A DNA stretch of 64,000 bases from Methylotenera sp. (GCA_021732365.1 JAKFVD010000017.1:270543-334542); one strand, 5' to 3'. Numbered from the stretch's first letter, positions 19,710-29,753 are shown. Translations and numbers: made by a program. The notes: generated from the sequence alone by a model not told the origin.

Positions 19710-21284
19710 TTATATTCCCTTTTTAGTGAGAATAGATTTAACTAAAAGCAGCTCATCTGCGCGAATTGCTTTAAAAAAGTATAGGCATGCAAAATAGATA
19801 AGGCCAATTAGTGCGCCGCTAATGATTGTTAGCAAATAAGTATTGGGGCTAGTTATAAACGACTGATGCATGGCTACATAGACTATGCAGCTTGCAATAA
19901 AACCCGATGCGGTTGTGCCTAAAAATAGTTGCCTTGAAAGCTGATACGGGTAGCCATCGCGATTAAGTGCATGAATAATATAAGCGTTGCACACCAGTGA
20001 AAACACCAGCGGTGCTACCACCAATAAATACACATGAATATTGAGTGCAACCACTAAAAATAAAGCCATGCCAATCAGCGCGTAAAAACCCGCTTTAACC
20101 AATAACTGACTAGCACCTACCGAATTTAAAATAAGCTGCAATAACACCACATGACTACCCACTGTGAGTTGCAACATCACCAATGCAAGTAGCCAACTGT
20201 ATTCATGATATTTTCCGCCTGTTAGGCTGGCAATAATAAAAGTGCCTGCGGCGAGTATCCAAGCCATGATGGGAATAAGCAAAATTAAATTAGATTTATA
20301 AAGTAGTTGGCAGCGCTGATTTAAGATTGAAAAGCTGCGGTTTTGTATGTAATTGCCAATCATCACTGGCTCAATCAAGCTATAGAGCAGATGCAGCGGA
20401 ATATATTGCCTGACGCGCTCTGCAATGCTGATGAAAAAGCCGTAAGCGGCGACCATTTGTGTGGGCAAAAAGATGGCGGCTAGCATTTTCATAAAGTAGC
20501 CTTGCGGCGGCGCGGCCAGCAAAGTAAAGCCGTAATTGTGGCTAGCCATACGGGCAATTGCATTCCAATCTGGCCAGTTTTTTGTGTTGGCTTGTTGTGC
20601 GTCAGTTACTTTTTCTAACGGATGTTCGGCCTGTTGCTCTGCATTTAATTGACCTAAATAATGTGTTAACACCAGCGCAAAAACTAATACCCCTAATATT
20701 TCTGGCAACGCCATAACCAATAAAGACTCTTCTAGACTAATAGCTTTATCGGCAAAATTTGCCCACATAATCATGATTAATCTGCCAAGCCACTGCACAG
20801 TTAAAATACGTGTGAGCGCCTTTTGTTTGAGTAGAGCCTGAAATACCGCTGAGAAATGTTGAAACAGCGTTTCTGCAATCACAAAGCAAGCTAAAGCGAG
20901 TGGAAAGTTAGTTAAATGTACATCTGAAAACAGCCGCAAAATTGGCTGCCAAAATAGATAAAAAACGCCGCATACTACCAAGGCAGCCACTAACTTAACG
21001 GCAGTAATACGCCAAATAAACTGGCCTAATTCTTTGGCACTGCGCTCTAATCTGGCTTCTGGCACATAGCGCGAAATGGCACGTTCTAGGCCTAAGCCCG
21101 CTAGAATGCCTGATAACGCTATCAAACCCGTCAGCGCAGTAAAGCCAGCATAACTTTGCACATCCATAAATCGCACTAGCAATATAACGGTGGCAAAGCC
21201 TGCAATACCCGCCAAACCGCGGCCTAATAAGTAGTGCAGTATGCCTTTGCGTACGTTTTCTTTGGAGTAAGGCGAGTTGGCCAT
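19710..21284 (-). CDS. Wzx-like oligosaccharide flippase (MOP superfamily polysaccharide biosynthesis protein)
   Basis: 524 aa, about 14 TM helices, at the position of epsJ after epsI. Confidence 0.65.
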   Translation of the reverse strand: MANSPYSKENVRKGILHYLLGRGLAGIAGFATVILLVRFMDVQSYAGFTALTGLIALSGILAGLGLERAISRYVPEARLERSAKELGQFIWRITAVKLVAALVVCGVFYLFWQPILRLFSDVHLTNFPLALACFVIAETLFQHFSAVFQALLKQKALTRILTVQWLGRLIMIMWANFADKAISLEESLLVMALPEILGVLVFALVLTHYLGQLNAEQQAEHPLEKVTDAQQANTKNWPDWNAIARMASHNYGFTLLAAPPQGYFMKMLAAIFLPTQMVAAYGFFISIAERVRQYIPLHLLYSLIEPVMIGNYIQNRSFSILNQRCQLLYKSNLILLIPIMAWILAAGTFIIASLTGGKYHEYSWLLALVMLQLTVGSHVVLLQLILNSVGASQLLVKAGFYALIGMALFLVVALNIHVYLLVVAPLVFSLVCNAYIIHALNRDGYPYQLSRQLFLGTTASGFIASCIVYVAMHQSFITSPNTYLLTIISGALIGLIYFACLYFFKAIRADELLLVKSILTKKGI

Positions 21285-21318
21285 GGCACGCTACTTAGGA
21301 TAATTGGCTTAGAATAGT

Positions 21319-22026
21319 CTAAATCTGACCTGTTAATCGCAGGCGCTGACTAGGTGAAACGCCAGTTAATAAATCGTTGGTAAAGCGTGTTTGTAAAGCA
21401 TAAGCTTGGTTGATATCGGTTTCTTCAATTGATGAAGTAATGCTGGATACGCGCATCAAGAGGCCATCTGGAATGCTGCCACTTAACGCATATTGCAGCT
21501 TAATTTTTTTGGTTTCCCAGCCTGGATAACCGACTTTTTTACCAGTGGTGAGCCAATAAGTAATGGGTTCTATGCGGTCTGATTTTCTGGCTAATAATCG
21601 CAATACAGGAATATCGCCAAAAGCGGTATTTAACTGGCCTTTAAGAATACTATTTACCGCAAAACCCTGGCCGCTGTAACAGCCCTCTGGCGCATGTGCG
21701 CCTACGCTATCGCTTTGATCGCGACCATAAGCGATAGACAACATAATGCGTTGGCCTTTGCCGTTTTCGTATACGCGCGATAAGGTTTGCGCATAAATTT
21801 TATCTAGCGCAGCGGCGGTTTCTGGGTTAACAATTTGCGATGACAAATTTAAAATACGCCAATCGTTAAATTGCTGCGGAATCAATTGTTCTAAATTTAC
21901 CTGCTCACCTTCATCAGCAATTTTGTGCGTGGGGCGTGCAGCATAAGCAAATACCGATGTACAAATCATGATGAGCATTAACAAATAGTGGCGTTTACTA
22001 TGGTAACTAATTGGCATGCTAGGCAA
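21319..22026 (-). CDS. epsI: EpsI-family exosortase-associated protein
   Basis: N-terminal membrane anchor then a periplasmic domain. The LIPQQFNDWRI block is present. It overlaps the exosortase gene by 8 nt. Confidence 0.7.
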   Translation of the reverse strand: MPSMPISYHSKRHYLLMLIMICTSVFAYAARPTHKIADEGEQVNLEQLIPQQFNDWRILNLSSQIVNPETAAALDKIYAQTLSRVYENGKGQRIMLSIAYGRDQSDSVGAHAPEGCYSGQGFAVNSILKGQLNTAFGDIPVLRLLARKSDRIEPITYWLTTGKKVGYPGWETKKIKLQYALSGSIPDGLLMRVSSITSSIEETDINQAYALQTRFTNDLLTGVSPSQRLRLTGQI

Positions 22027-22894
22027 TCTTTTGCTTAAATTTAACGAAATATTGCAGCATAGAATCCACTGTCATAATAAACATTAGCGCTACAAAAAAT
22101 AGCAAGAAACCAGCAAAGCCATGCACAAAACCTTGCCCAACTTCATCACCAAAATAATAGGTAATCAGCGTCAGTGTAATCACGCGAATAACGTTGGCAG
22201 TGAATGAAATAGGCACTATCAATAAAGTTAACGTGACATTGCGAATGAGCGAATCGTGCTTAACCAAGCTTAAATACAGCAAGCCCAAAGCCTCAAGTGA
22301 AATTAAAGTATGCATACCTGCGCAAGCATCGGCTACTAGCAATTGATATTGCCCAATTTGCAAAATAACGCCTTCACGTGCGATGGGGTAATCAAACCAA
22401 AATAAAATGGTTTCTGTCACATACGAAACGGCCATTTTCATGGGTAGGGTTAATGAATCCAACGGAAACGGAATCATAAAGATAATAAAAAATAGCGGAA
22501 ACCATAACGCTTTTAGGATAGGCAAGCCGCGCATTAACAGAAAAATACCAGATAAAACAAATATCTGTGAGGCTAAATCGAGAATAAAAATATCTTGCGA
22601 ACGACCTGCTATATAGCATAACAAGCCAAATACTAAGGTTAAACTGCCTAAAATTGGCGCTGGTTTATCTGTTACAGTAAAGCTAAAATGTTCACGTTTT
22701 TGCCAAAACAAAAACACAATCACCATCAACACTATTGGCCCGTGGCCTTGATCTTCAGTCACCCATAAGTTGTTGAAAACTTCATGATAAGTGGGAATAT
22801 ATAAAGCCAATAGACCAATGACAATTGGCACCCACATGAGATATGGGCTGCTTTTTAAACCATTAAAATTTTGCGCTATTGCTTGCATAGCCAA
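22019..22894 (-). CDS. epsH: Exosortase (EpsH; short XrtB-like form)
   Basis: 291 aa with about 8 TM helices. Catalytic-type motifs ADACAGM (Cys), ANVIRV (Arg), FVHGFAGF (His). Confidence 0.85.
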   Translation of the reverse strand: MAMQAIAQNFNGLKSSPYLMWVPIVIGLLALYIPTYHEVFNNLWVTEDQGHGPIVLMVIVFLFWQKREHFSFTVTDKPAPILGSLTLVFGLLCYIAGRSQDIFILDLASQIFVLSGIFLLMRGLPILKALWFPLFFIIFMIPFPLDSLTLPMKMAVSYVTETILFWFDYPIAREGVILQIGQYQLLVADACAGMHTLISLEALGLLYLSLVKHDSLIRNVTLTLLIVPISFTANVIRVITLTLITYYFGDEVGQGFVHGFAGFLLFFVALMFIMTVDSMLQYFVKFKQKIA

Positions 22895-22895
22895 C

Positions 22896-23816
22896 CTAAG
22901 CGTCTACAAACACACTACCTAAGACTGTTGCACCTGTCATCGACAATTGCTGGCTTAGTTGCTGCATATCTGGCACTTGAGTGGTGTCTTTTTTTGCCAC
23001 AATAATGGCTGCTTTGGCTTTTGATACCACGGTTAATACATCTAACCCCAAATGAATGGGCGATGTATCAATCAAAATTACATCGTAGATTTTTTCTAAA
23101 TCTGCCAGCAATGTCGCTAAATTGTTCTGACTTAATAGCTCTTGCGGATTAGGCACTTCTGTACCTGCCGTTAAAATCGTCAAATTAGGCAGCGACTCAT
23201 GCTTGCTTAAGGTGTATTGGCCTTGCCTGTTGGCAAGTATGTTCGCCAAGCCCAATTTAGTATCAATATGAAAAAAGCGATGTTGTTTGGCGTTGCGTAA
23301 ATTGGCGTCTATTAATAAGGTTTTTTTATTCAGCTGCGAAAAAACAATGGCTAAATTAGCCACTAATTGGCTTGCATCGTCATCGCTACTCACCGATGTT
23401 ACTGCTAAAGTTTTATTGTTTTGGTCAAACCAACGCATTGATAGTTGGCTTCTTAAGCTGCGCAATTGCTCAACTTCTAGCGCAAAAGGCTTGTGGGCGG
23501 CGATTAATAATGGGCTGATTTTATGGTTATCATCTTGCAAATAAGCGTAGTTAAATTGCTCAGATAACACTTTTTGCAAATCGTCTTCTGTAATTAAGCC
23601 TAATTTTTTTGCGGCCTCACCAAACAGCATATTTTTATCGCGTTGCAATTCTAATATGCGCGTAATATCTTGCTGCGTTAGTTTTGCATGCACCGCCAAA
23701 GCATCGCCCATGCGCTTGGCATCTGGCGAATCAGTCACGCTTGTAGCTGTTTGTCCTAGTTGATCGCTATTCAATTGAGGCGTCTCTTTACTGTAATCCA
23801 TAAGTTTTGTGACCAA
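22896..23816 (-). CDS. epsG: EpsG-like BY-kinase homologue with degenerate Walker A (probable pseudokinase)
   Basis: N-terminal GspE-N-like segment LTQQDITRILELQRDKNMLFGEAAKKLGLITEDDL. Walker A' LLIDANLR and Walker B ILIDTSP are present. The Walker A position reads VSSDDDAS instead of GxGKS/T, and there is no C-terminal Tyr cluster. Confidence 0.75.
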   Translation of the reverse strand: MVTKLMDYSKETPQLNSDQLGQTATSVTDSPDAKRMGDALAVHAKLTQQDITRILELQRDKNMLFGEAAKKLGLITEDDLQKVLSEQFNYAYLQDDNHKISPLLIAAHKPFALEVEQLRSLRSQLSMRWFDQNNKTLAVTSVSSDDDASQLVANLAIVFSQLNKKTLLIDANLRNAKQHRFFHIDTKLGLANILANRQGQYTLSKHESLPNLTILTAGTEVPNPQELLSQNNLATLLADLEKIYDVILIDTSPIHLGLDVLTVVSKAKAAIIVAKKDTTQVPDMQQLSQQLSMTGATVLGSVFVDA

Positions 23817-23824
23817 AAATGTGC

Positions 23825-25252
23825 TTAAAAGCTAATAACTGGTTTTTTAGTATTTTTTTGCTTAAAAAACTGGTTAACTTTATCTTTAAAAGTATGCGAT
23901 TTTTTAGCATGGCGACTTAACTCGCCCAGTACTGGCATATTGAGTAATTGCCTTAAATCTTCAGCAGAACGCACGCGCCTATCAAACATTTCTGCCACCA
24001 ACACAAATCCAATGCCCAACAAACCACCTAAAAATACAGAAAGCGCAATATTTAACATTATTTTCGGGCTTGAATGCTTAAGCGGCGCAATGGCTGGGTT
24101 TAAAACAGACACGTCAGTTTGGCCAGACTGGCTTTCTAAATTGGTTTGGCCAAAGCGCAGTAGCGCGTTGTCATACATGCGTTGTGCGCCTTCTACCTCA
24201 CGCTCTAACACTGCCATTTCATCGTGCTGGCTTTTTAGTTTTAATACGCGCTCTTTTTGTTGCGCAAGTGAGGCATTAATTTCAGCCTCTTTTTGTTGCG
24301 ACACGCGCGCAGTTTGACCAACGCTGCTGCTGGTTTTTGAGGTTTCCACCCGGATTAAATCACGCAGGCTCGTTACATCAGATTGCGCTGCCTGATATTG
24401 CGGATGGTTCACACCTAGGCGCTGCGACACTTCATTGAGGCGCGTTTCAGCTTGCACCAATTGCGATTTCAAACCTTGAATTAAGCCATTGGCTAAAATT
24501 TCTGGCGATTCTGAAGCTGAACCTCTTTTTAATTGGCTTTGACGCGATATGCTGTCGTAAGTTTGCGCTTGCGCCATCACTAATTGGCTAGAAAGCTCAC
24601 TCAAGCGCGCGGCTTCGGTATCCATACGCTCACCTGAAAACGCAATGCCATTTTCTTGTTGAAACGCAGAAAGCTTGGCTTGTGCTTGCTCTACATTTTG
24701 GCGCAAGCCTTTAATTTGCTGATCAAACCACACGGCGGCTTGCTTGGCTGGTTCCGTTTTCATCTGCAAGTTGGTATTAATGTACGCTTCAGCAAAGGCA
24801 TTGGCTAAATTGGCAGCAAATACGGGGTCTGCGCCCTCATAGCCAATTTCAATCACGTCACTAGTGCGCGATGGTTTAACTGATAAATTTTGCAAGAAGC
24901 GGTCGGCAAACCAATCATTAATATTACCTTCGCCATTGGTGGCTTTTTCAAAGGTGGCTTTTGCAGCATCGCTATTCGCAACGCCTAGCTTGGCAACCAC
25001 TTTTAATGCCACGTTATGGCTTTGAATAATATCCACCTGCGTTGCCATATAGCCTGGCATTAAAGTGGCTGGCAAAGTAAGCCCAGTAACGGGGTCTGCG
25101 CCTTTAGAATTAATCACCAATGATGCAGTGGCGGTGTAGCTTTTTGGTAACAAAAAACTCACTACAGTTGTCACCAACACCGTCACAAAAAACACCCAAA
25201 TAGCGATGATTTTGCGCGCCATTAAAATAGATAGTAATTGTGAAAAACTCAT
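23825..25252 (-). CDS. epsF: Chain-length determinant / polysaccharide co-polymerase (EpsF, Wzz-like)
   Basis: An N-terminal and a C-terminal TM helix flank a long coiled-coil periplasmic region. Confidence 0.8.
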   Translation of the reverse strand: MSFSQLLSILMARKIIAIWVFFVTVLVTTVVSFLLPKSYTATASLVINSKGADPVTGLTLPATLMPGYMATQVDIIQSHNVALKVVAKLGVANSDAAKATFEKATNGEGNINDWFADRFLQNLSVKPSRTSDVIEIGYEGADPVFAANLANAFAEAYINTNLQMKTEPAKQAAVWFDQQIKGLRQNVEQAQAKLSAFQQENGIAFSGERMDTEAARLSELSSQLVMAQAQTYDSISRQSQLKRGSASESPEILANGLIQGLKSQLVQAETRLNEVSQRLGVNHPQYQAAQSDVTSLRDLIRVETSKTSSSVGQTARVSQQKEAEINASLAQQKERVLKLKSQHDEMAVLEREVEGAQRMYDNALLRFGQTNLESQSGQTDVSVLNPAIAPLKHSSPKIMLNIALSVFLGGLLGIGFVLVAEMFDRRVRSAEDLRQLLNMPVLGELSRHAKKSHTFKDKVNQFFKQKNTKKPVISF

Positions 25253-25353
25253 GTGTAATCGCTTTTTTGTTTGATTGGTTGATATTGTTAACGGTTATTT
25301 TTAGTCAATATTTGAATGTTAATTGTGCTTAAGCAATGAATGATGAAGCTTAC

Positions 25354-26436
25354 TTAAAACCAGCTTTCTCTCACCATCACAATATCGTCAGGCTTTAATA
25401 AATCGCCAGAAGAAGCGTCTAGTATTTTAAGTTTTCCATCAACATTCCGTTTAATCTTAATGCCGCGCTCTGTGCCGCGTGGTGACAAACCGCCGCCTGT
25501 AGATAAGGCCTGTGCAATATTCATATTGCGCTCTAATCTAAAAGCACCCGGGCGTTGCACTTCGCCATAAATATAAAAAACTGAGGTTCTTGGCACATAA
25601 ATAGAATCGCCATCTGCTAGCTCAAAATTGGCTGATGTATCACCCTTGCGATAAAGCTGATCAATATCAATTTCACGTTTTTCGGTTTTTCCATCTCGCT
25701 TAGTAATCACAATAATGCTATCTGCCCCGCCTGCCGCAACGCCGCCTGCTTGTGATAAAAAGTCAATTACCGTGCGCACGCCGCTGGCTACCGAATATTT
25801 ACCAGGGCGGTTCACTTGCCCCAACACCGATACTTCACGCGCATTTACATATACAATATCGTCACCCAATAGTGGTGGATTGCTGGCTGGGTCTGCCTTA
25901 TTCACTAAGTCGCGTAAATCATAATTTTGTTTAGTGGTTTTACCATCGCTATTGCGAATTAAGGTAATCATATCTGAGCCATTTGGCGTTGTCCCGCCTG
26001 CCATCGCCAATACATCCGATAGCGTGCTGGGGCGATCTAATGAGTATTTACCTGGTTTATATACATCGCCAAGCACCGAAATAAACTGGCTTTGAAATTG
26101 TAAAACCACTAAATTCACTTGCGCCTTTTTAACAAAACCACCTTTTTCTAGCAAATCGGCAATTTGCTTCTCCGCTAATTGTGGGCTTAAACCACCCAAT
26201 ACCACTTCGCCGATTAGCGCAAAGTTAATACTACCTGCGGCAGAAAGACGTGCTTCTGTCAGTAAATCTGGGCTGCCATACACGCCAATACGCACCAAAT
26301 CACCCGCACCTAAAATATAGTCGCGCTTGGTTTCAGGGGCTGAATTTACGCTCTCTTCAGCCGTGGTAATCGCACTCACCAAAAGCATGATTGTCACAAT
26401 AATCCAACCAAAAATTTGTTTTTTCAACCTATTCAC
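25354..26436 (-). CDS. epsE: Outer-membrane polysaccharide export protein (EpsE, Wza-like)
   Basis: Signal peptide. Poly_export block YILGAGDLVRIGVYGSPDL. Repeated SLBB-like blocks VSVLGQVNRPGKY and FYIYGEVQRPGAF. Confidence 0.85.
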   Translation of the reverse strand: MNRLKKQIFGWIIVTIMLLVSAITTAEESVNSAPETKRDYILGAGDLVRIGVYGSPDLLTEARLSAAGSINFALIGEVVLGGLSPQLAEKQIADLLEKGGFVKKAQVNLVVLQFQSQFISVLGDVYKPGKYSLDRPSTLSDVLAMAGGTTPNGSDMITLIRNSDGKTTKQNYDLRDLVNKADPASNPPLLGDDIVYVNAREVSVLGQVNRPGKYSVASGVRTVIDFLSQAGGVAAGGADSIIVITKRDGKTEKREIDIDQLYRKGDTSANFELADGDSIYVPRTSVFYIYGEVQRPGAFRLERNMNIAQALSTGGGLSPRGTERGIKIKRNVDGKLKILDASSGDLLKPDDIVMVRESWF

Positions 26437-26488
26437 CTTTAACTTTTACGCTTACTTTTTTGTTTCTACAGCAGCTTAATGTAAGTAC

Positions 26489-27526
26489 TTACAAACCTGC
26501 CAAACCTTTATCCATGTTGCCTGCATCTTTAGCAGGCTTTTCAGCTGCTTGAGTTGGCTCTACTGGTTTAGCCATTTCTTGCGCAGCAACTGGTTGCGGT
26601 ACTTCAGGTATTTTGGTATCTGATTTTTTAATCGCGGTTGATGCTGGCTGCACGCCTTTTTTCATATCGGCAAATGCGCCAATAAATTCAATATTGGCTT
26701 TGTCGTTTAAAGCAGCCATTTCTTTTTTAGCTAAGGCAGCTTTGTTTTGATTTAAAAAGTATTGCTCAATCACAGGCGTGGCTTTTTCACGGGTAATCGG
26801 CATCGTTTGCGATGCGGCTAAATGTACGATGCTGACTGAAGCATTATTAGATACCGCAATTAAATCGCCATCTTGAAGCGGCTGTAACTTCTTTAAAAAA
26901 TCTAAGGGTAATTGTTCTGCGGCGCGCACATTGCTGTTGGCGCTAAATGGATAGTTTTTTTCTTTTAACCATGCTGCAACTTCATTAATGTTTTTAGTTG
27001 TGGCTACTTTTTCTGCAATTTCTGCATACTTGTCTTTATCCACATTAATCGCTAATTCTTGCAAGCGAAACACGCGACGGTTTTCAAATAATTCTGGCTT
27101 CTCTTTATAAAACGCATCAATCTGAGTCACACTTGGCTTAGCTGCTTTTGATAGCATTTGCTCTAAATAAGCCTGCGCTAAAATCTCACTTTTTGATGCT
27201 TCAATCGCTTGCAAAATTCTAGGGTCGCGGTCTAATTTTGTTTCAGTGGCTTGTTGTTTTAATAATTGCTGATCAACCAAACGCGCTAAAATTTGTTTGG
27301 CGGCTTCTTTGCTTTGCGCCTCTGTTAAGTTTTTGCCTTGCGCTAATCGGTTTAGTTGAAAGTTAATCTGATGAATCGAAATTTCATCGCCATTTACTTT
27401 AGCAACGACTTGAGTGCCGCCCTTGGCTTCAGTTTTATCTTTATCACCGCAAGCCGTTAAACTTAATACCACGCCAAGAATAGCTAATACTATATATTTA
27501 TTTTGATATTGATTTTGCACACGCAT
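26489..27526 (-). CDS. epsD: EpsD-family lipoprotein (SurA-like / peptidyl-prolyl isomerase-related)
   Basis: Lipobox LSLTAC/GD. SurA-N-like helical region. It sits immediately upstream of epsE. Confidence 0.6.
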   Translation of the reverse strand: MRVQNQYQNKYIVLAILGVVLSLTACGDKDKTEAKGGTQVVAKVNGDEISIHQINFQLNRLAQGKNLTEAQSKEAAKQILARLVDQQLLKQQATETKLDRDPRILQAIEASKSEILAQAYLEQMLSKAAKPSVTQIDAFYKEKPELFENRRVFRLQELAINVDKDKYAEIAEKVATTKNINEVAAWLKEKNYPFSANSNVRAAEQLPLDFLKKLQPLQDGDLIAVSNNASVSIVHLAASQTMPITREKATPVIEQYFLNQNKAALAKKEMAALNDKANIEFIGAFADMKKGVQPASTAIKKSDTKIPEVPQPVAAQEMAKPVEPTQAAEKPAKDAGNMDKGLAGL

Positions 27527-27749
27527 TTTATTATCTCGCTCAAATACTGATGTTTAAATTAACAACTAGTACTATAAGAAGAAAATATGACTTTAATGTG
27601 TCAAAAATAAGTAGAATTTATGATGAAACTTAAATTAGTTTCGAGAAAGGATTAACACAACATCATTTTGCGCGGTCATTGTGACAAAACGTGTTTAGAA
27701 CCTAATCTGTTTAGCCTATATCACGATACTTTAGTTAGCAATCACTCAA

Positions 27750-28970
27750 CTAAAAGTTATAGCGCGCCACCAAACTCACTGAATTAAAGCGAAAACTCTG
27801 ATTGGTTAAAGTAGATTCGCGATCTTCTGTTTGGTACTGCAACTGTAATACTGATTTTAAAGTAGGCGCATATATAAGCCCCAAGTTGGCGGTTTTTGAG
27901 CTATCCTTGCGGTCGTTGGCGATGGCAAAAAATCCGCTACTGCCTAAATAATCCACGTCTTGATAACCTACACCGCCGCGCAAAGCCACTTTGCTGGTGA
28001 CATTCCAAGTCGGGTTAAAGCTGGCACCTGTTGACTCAACAAAAGTCGATAAAATATCGTCAATCGGCGACACTTCTCTGTAAGCAGTTGCGTTTAATGT
28101 CACTTTGCTGGTGAGCGCATAGTTAACATCCCAGCGTTGGCTAAATCCACTAAATTCGCGCTGCGGTAAGTCAGCATAATCAATTGTCACTCTAGATAAT
28201 CGAGCGCTGATACGGGTTTTTGCGCTGGGCTGCCATGTGGCATCTAAAGCCAGTACGCCTTGTATACTTTCATCGCCAAAAAAAGCAGCTGCACCACCAG
28301 TTCGATTCGGATATTCAGAATCCACCTCACGATACGATAAGCCCAGCTGCGTGCCTAAAGGGCTACGATAGCGCACCCCTGCTTCAGTAACAATGTCATC
28401 CCTATCTAAGTTTTCAAACCCAATCAATTCGTTTTCTGTTTGAATCTCTTCGCGCGATGCATAAGCGGTCCAATCGGGGTGAAACCGCCAATTCACACTG
28501 GCAGATTGCCTATTGAGCAATCTGGTATTTCTAACGGGGTTTCTAATCTCGGTAAAACCCGCAATGGATTCGCTCTTACTCGTATTTAATGTGCCAAAAA
28601 AATCATTGCCAAGCTGCCAATCCCAAGCTAAACCATACGATTTGGCCACATTATTGAGCAAATCAAAACGATTATATTTGCTGTCAATGATGTTGGCTGT
28701 TAGTCGCACTAATTGTCGACTTAACCTGATATTGGCATCTAATCCTAAATCTAAGCTTTTAATAAAATCTGCTGTTTCAGAAGACCCAAATGCTTGTTGC
28801 GCTTGGGTGTCGGATGAAAACCGAAATACGTTATCGTCGTAAAGCAGATTCGCGCCAATGCTTGGCGTAATATCAATAATGCCCTCAGCATTGGCTAAGC
28901 AAGAGCAAAATAACAAGCAGGCAGCAGATATTTTTTTAAGGCGCGCGTTTTTAATTGGAATAGTTAACAT
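27750..28970 (-). CDS. epsL: Outer-membrane beta-barrel protein of the eps operon (EpsL-like)
   Basis: With the start at 28970 (MLTIPIKNARLKKISAACLLFCSCLANA/EG) there is a signal peptide. Amphipathic strands and terminal VARYNF. The longer ORF to 29069 overlaps the upstream gene. Confidence 0.65.
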   Translation of the reverse strand: MLTIPIKNARLKKISAACLLFCSCLANAEGIIDITPSIGANLLYDDNVFRFSSDTQAQQAFGSSETADFIKSLDLGLDANIRLSRQLVRLTANIIDSKYNRFDLLNNVAKSYGLAWDWQLGNDFFGTLNTSKSESIAGFTEIRNPVRNTRLLNRQSASVNWRFHPDWTAYASREEIQTENELIGFENLDRDDIVTEAGVRYRSPLGTQLGLSYREVDSEYPNRTGGAAAFFGDESIQGVLALDATWQPSAKTRISARLSRVTIDYADLPQREFSGFSQRWDVNYALTSKVTLNATAYREVSPIDDILSTFVESTGASFNPTWNVTSKVALRGGVGYQDVDYLGSSGFFAIANDRKDSSKTANLGLIYAPTLKSVLQLQYQTEDRESTLTNQSFRFNSVSLVARYNF

Positions 28971-28984
28971 AAACAATACTGCCG

Positions 28985-29656
28985 TTACCAATATTGCCAA
29001 TGGCCTGTAGTCACCACATATAAGCCCAAAAAGCCATTGGTCATCGCGTGTGCAAAAACTGGAATCCACAAATTTTTATAGGTTTTATACAACTCACCGT
29101 ACACTAACCCTGCAAATAATCCTGCTAGCCACAAGTGATGCTCTATTGCAAACAAACAAGCGCTGCCGACATAGGCATAAGCGGATATTTTTTCGGGTAG
29201 CACTTTTAGAAAATCGACTTTATCGAACCAGCGCATGATAAATGAGCGCCAAAACAACTCTTCCATCACTGGCACTAATAAAGCTGCGCCTGAAATTCGC
29301 ACCGACATCCAAAATAATGCGCTTAATTCTGTTTCGCCTGCTAATGGGTTAAAGCCTTGCGTATCACCACCGCCTAGCCAGCTTGGATAAGGAAATATCC
29401 AGATAATAAAAACCAACAGCCCAGCAATGCCTGCGTATAGAAAATCTCCAAGCACTGGCTTACGTTTAAGCTCTGAGTAATCGCGCCAGAAATACATTAA
29501 TACTGCCGCAACGGCCGCGATTCTAATCACGTAAAGCCATTTAACATCTATCATTAGCCACTCAAATAGCTGAGTTAACGGCTGATGAAAGGCTAAAAAT
29601 AGGATAAAAACAGCAAAGGGTAGTGCTCTCGCAAGCACTGCACGGTCAAATGTCAT
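28985..29656 (-). CDS. CPBP (CAAX-type) intramembrane glutamic protease family protein
   Basis: Motifs EELFWRSF (EExxxR), FAIEHH, HAMTNG. Polytopic. Confidence 0.8.
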   Translation of the reverse strand: MTFDRAVLARALPFAVFILFLAFHQPLTQLFEWLMIDVKWLYVIRIAAVAAVLMYFWRDYSELKRKPVLGDFLYAGIAGLLVFIIWIFPYPSWLGGGDTQGFNPLAGETELSALFWMSVRISGAALLVPVMEELFWRSFIMRWFDKVDFLKVLPEKISAYAYVGSACLFAIEHHLWLAGLFAGLVYGELYKTYKNLWIPVFAHAMTNGFLGLYVVTTGHWQYW

Positions 29657-29693
29657 GTTTGGCTCACAGTGAAAACAAACATGTTACGCATGG

Positions 29694-29723
29694 ATTATGA
29701 CGATTTTATTTCGCTGTCATAAT
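29694..29723. promoter_or_regulatory. 8-bp inverted repeat ATTATGAC-N14-GTCATAAT upstream of the CPBP/eps operon
   Basis: attatgac at 29694-29701 and gtcataat at 29716-29723, 38-67 nt upstream of the CPBP start. No T-run follows, so it looks more like an operator than a terminator. Confidence 0.3.
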
Positions 29724-29753
29724 TGAGCGAATACGTCATCATGCAAATTTGGG

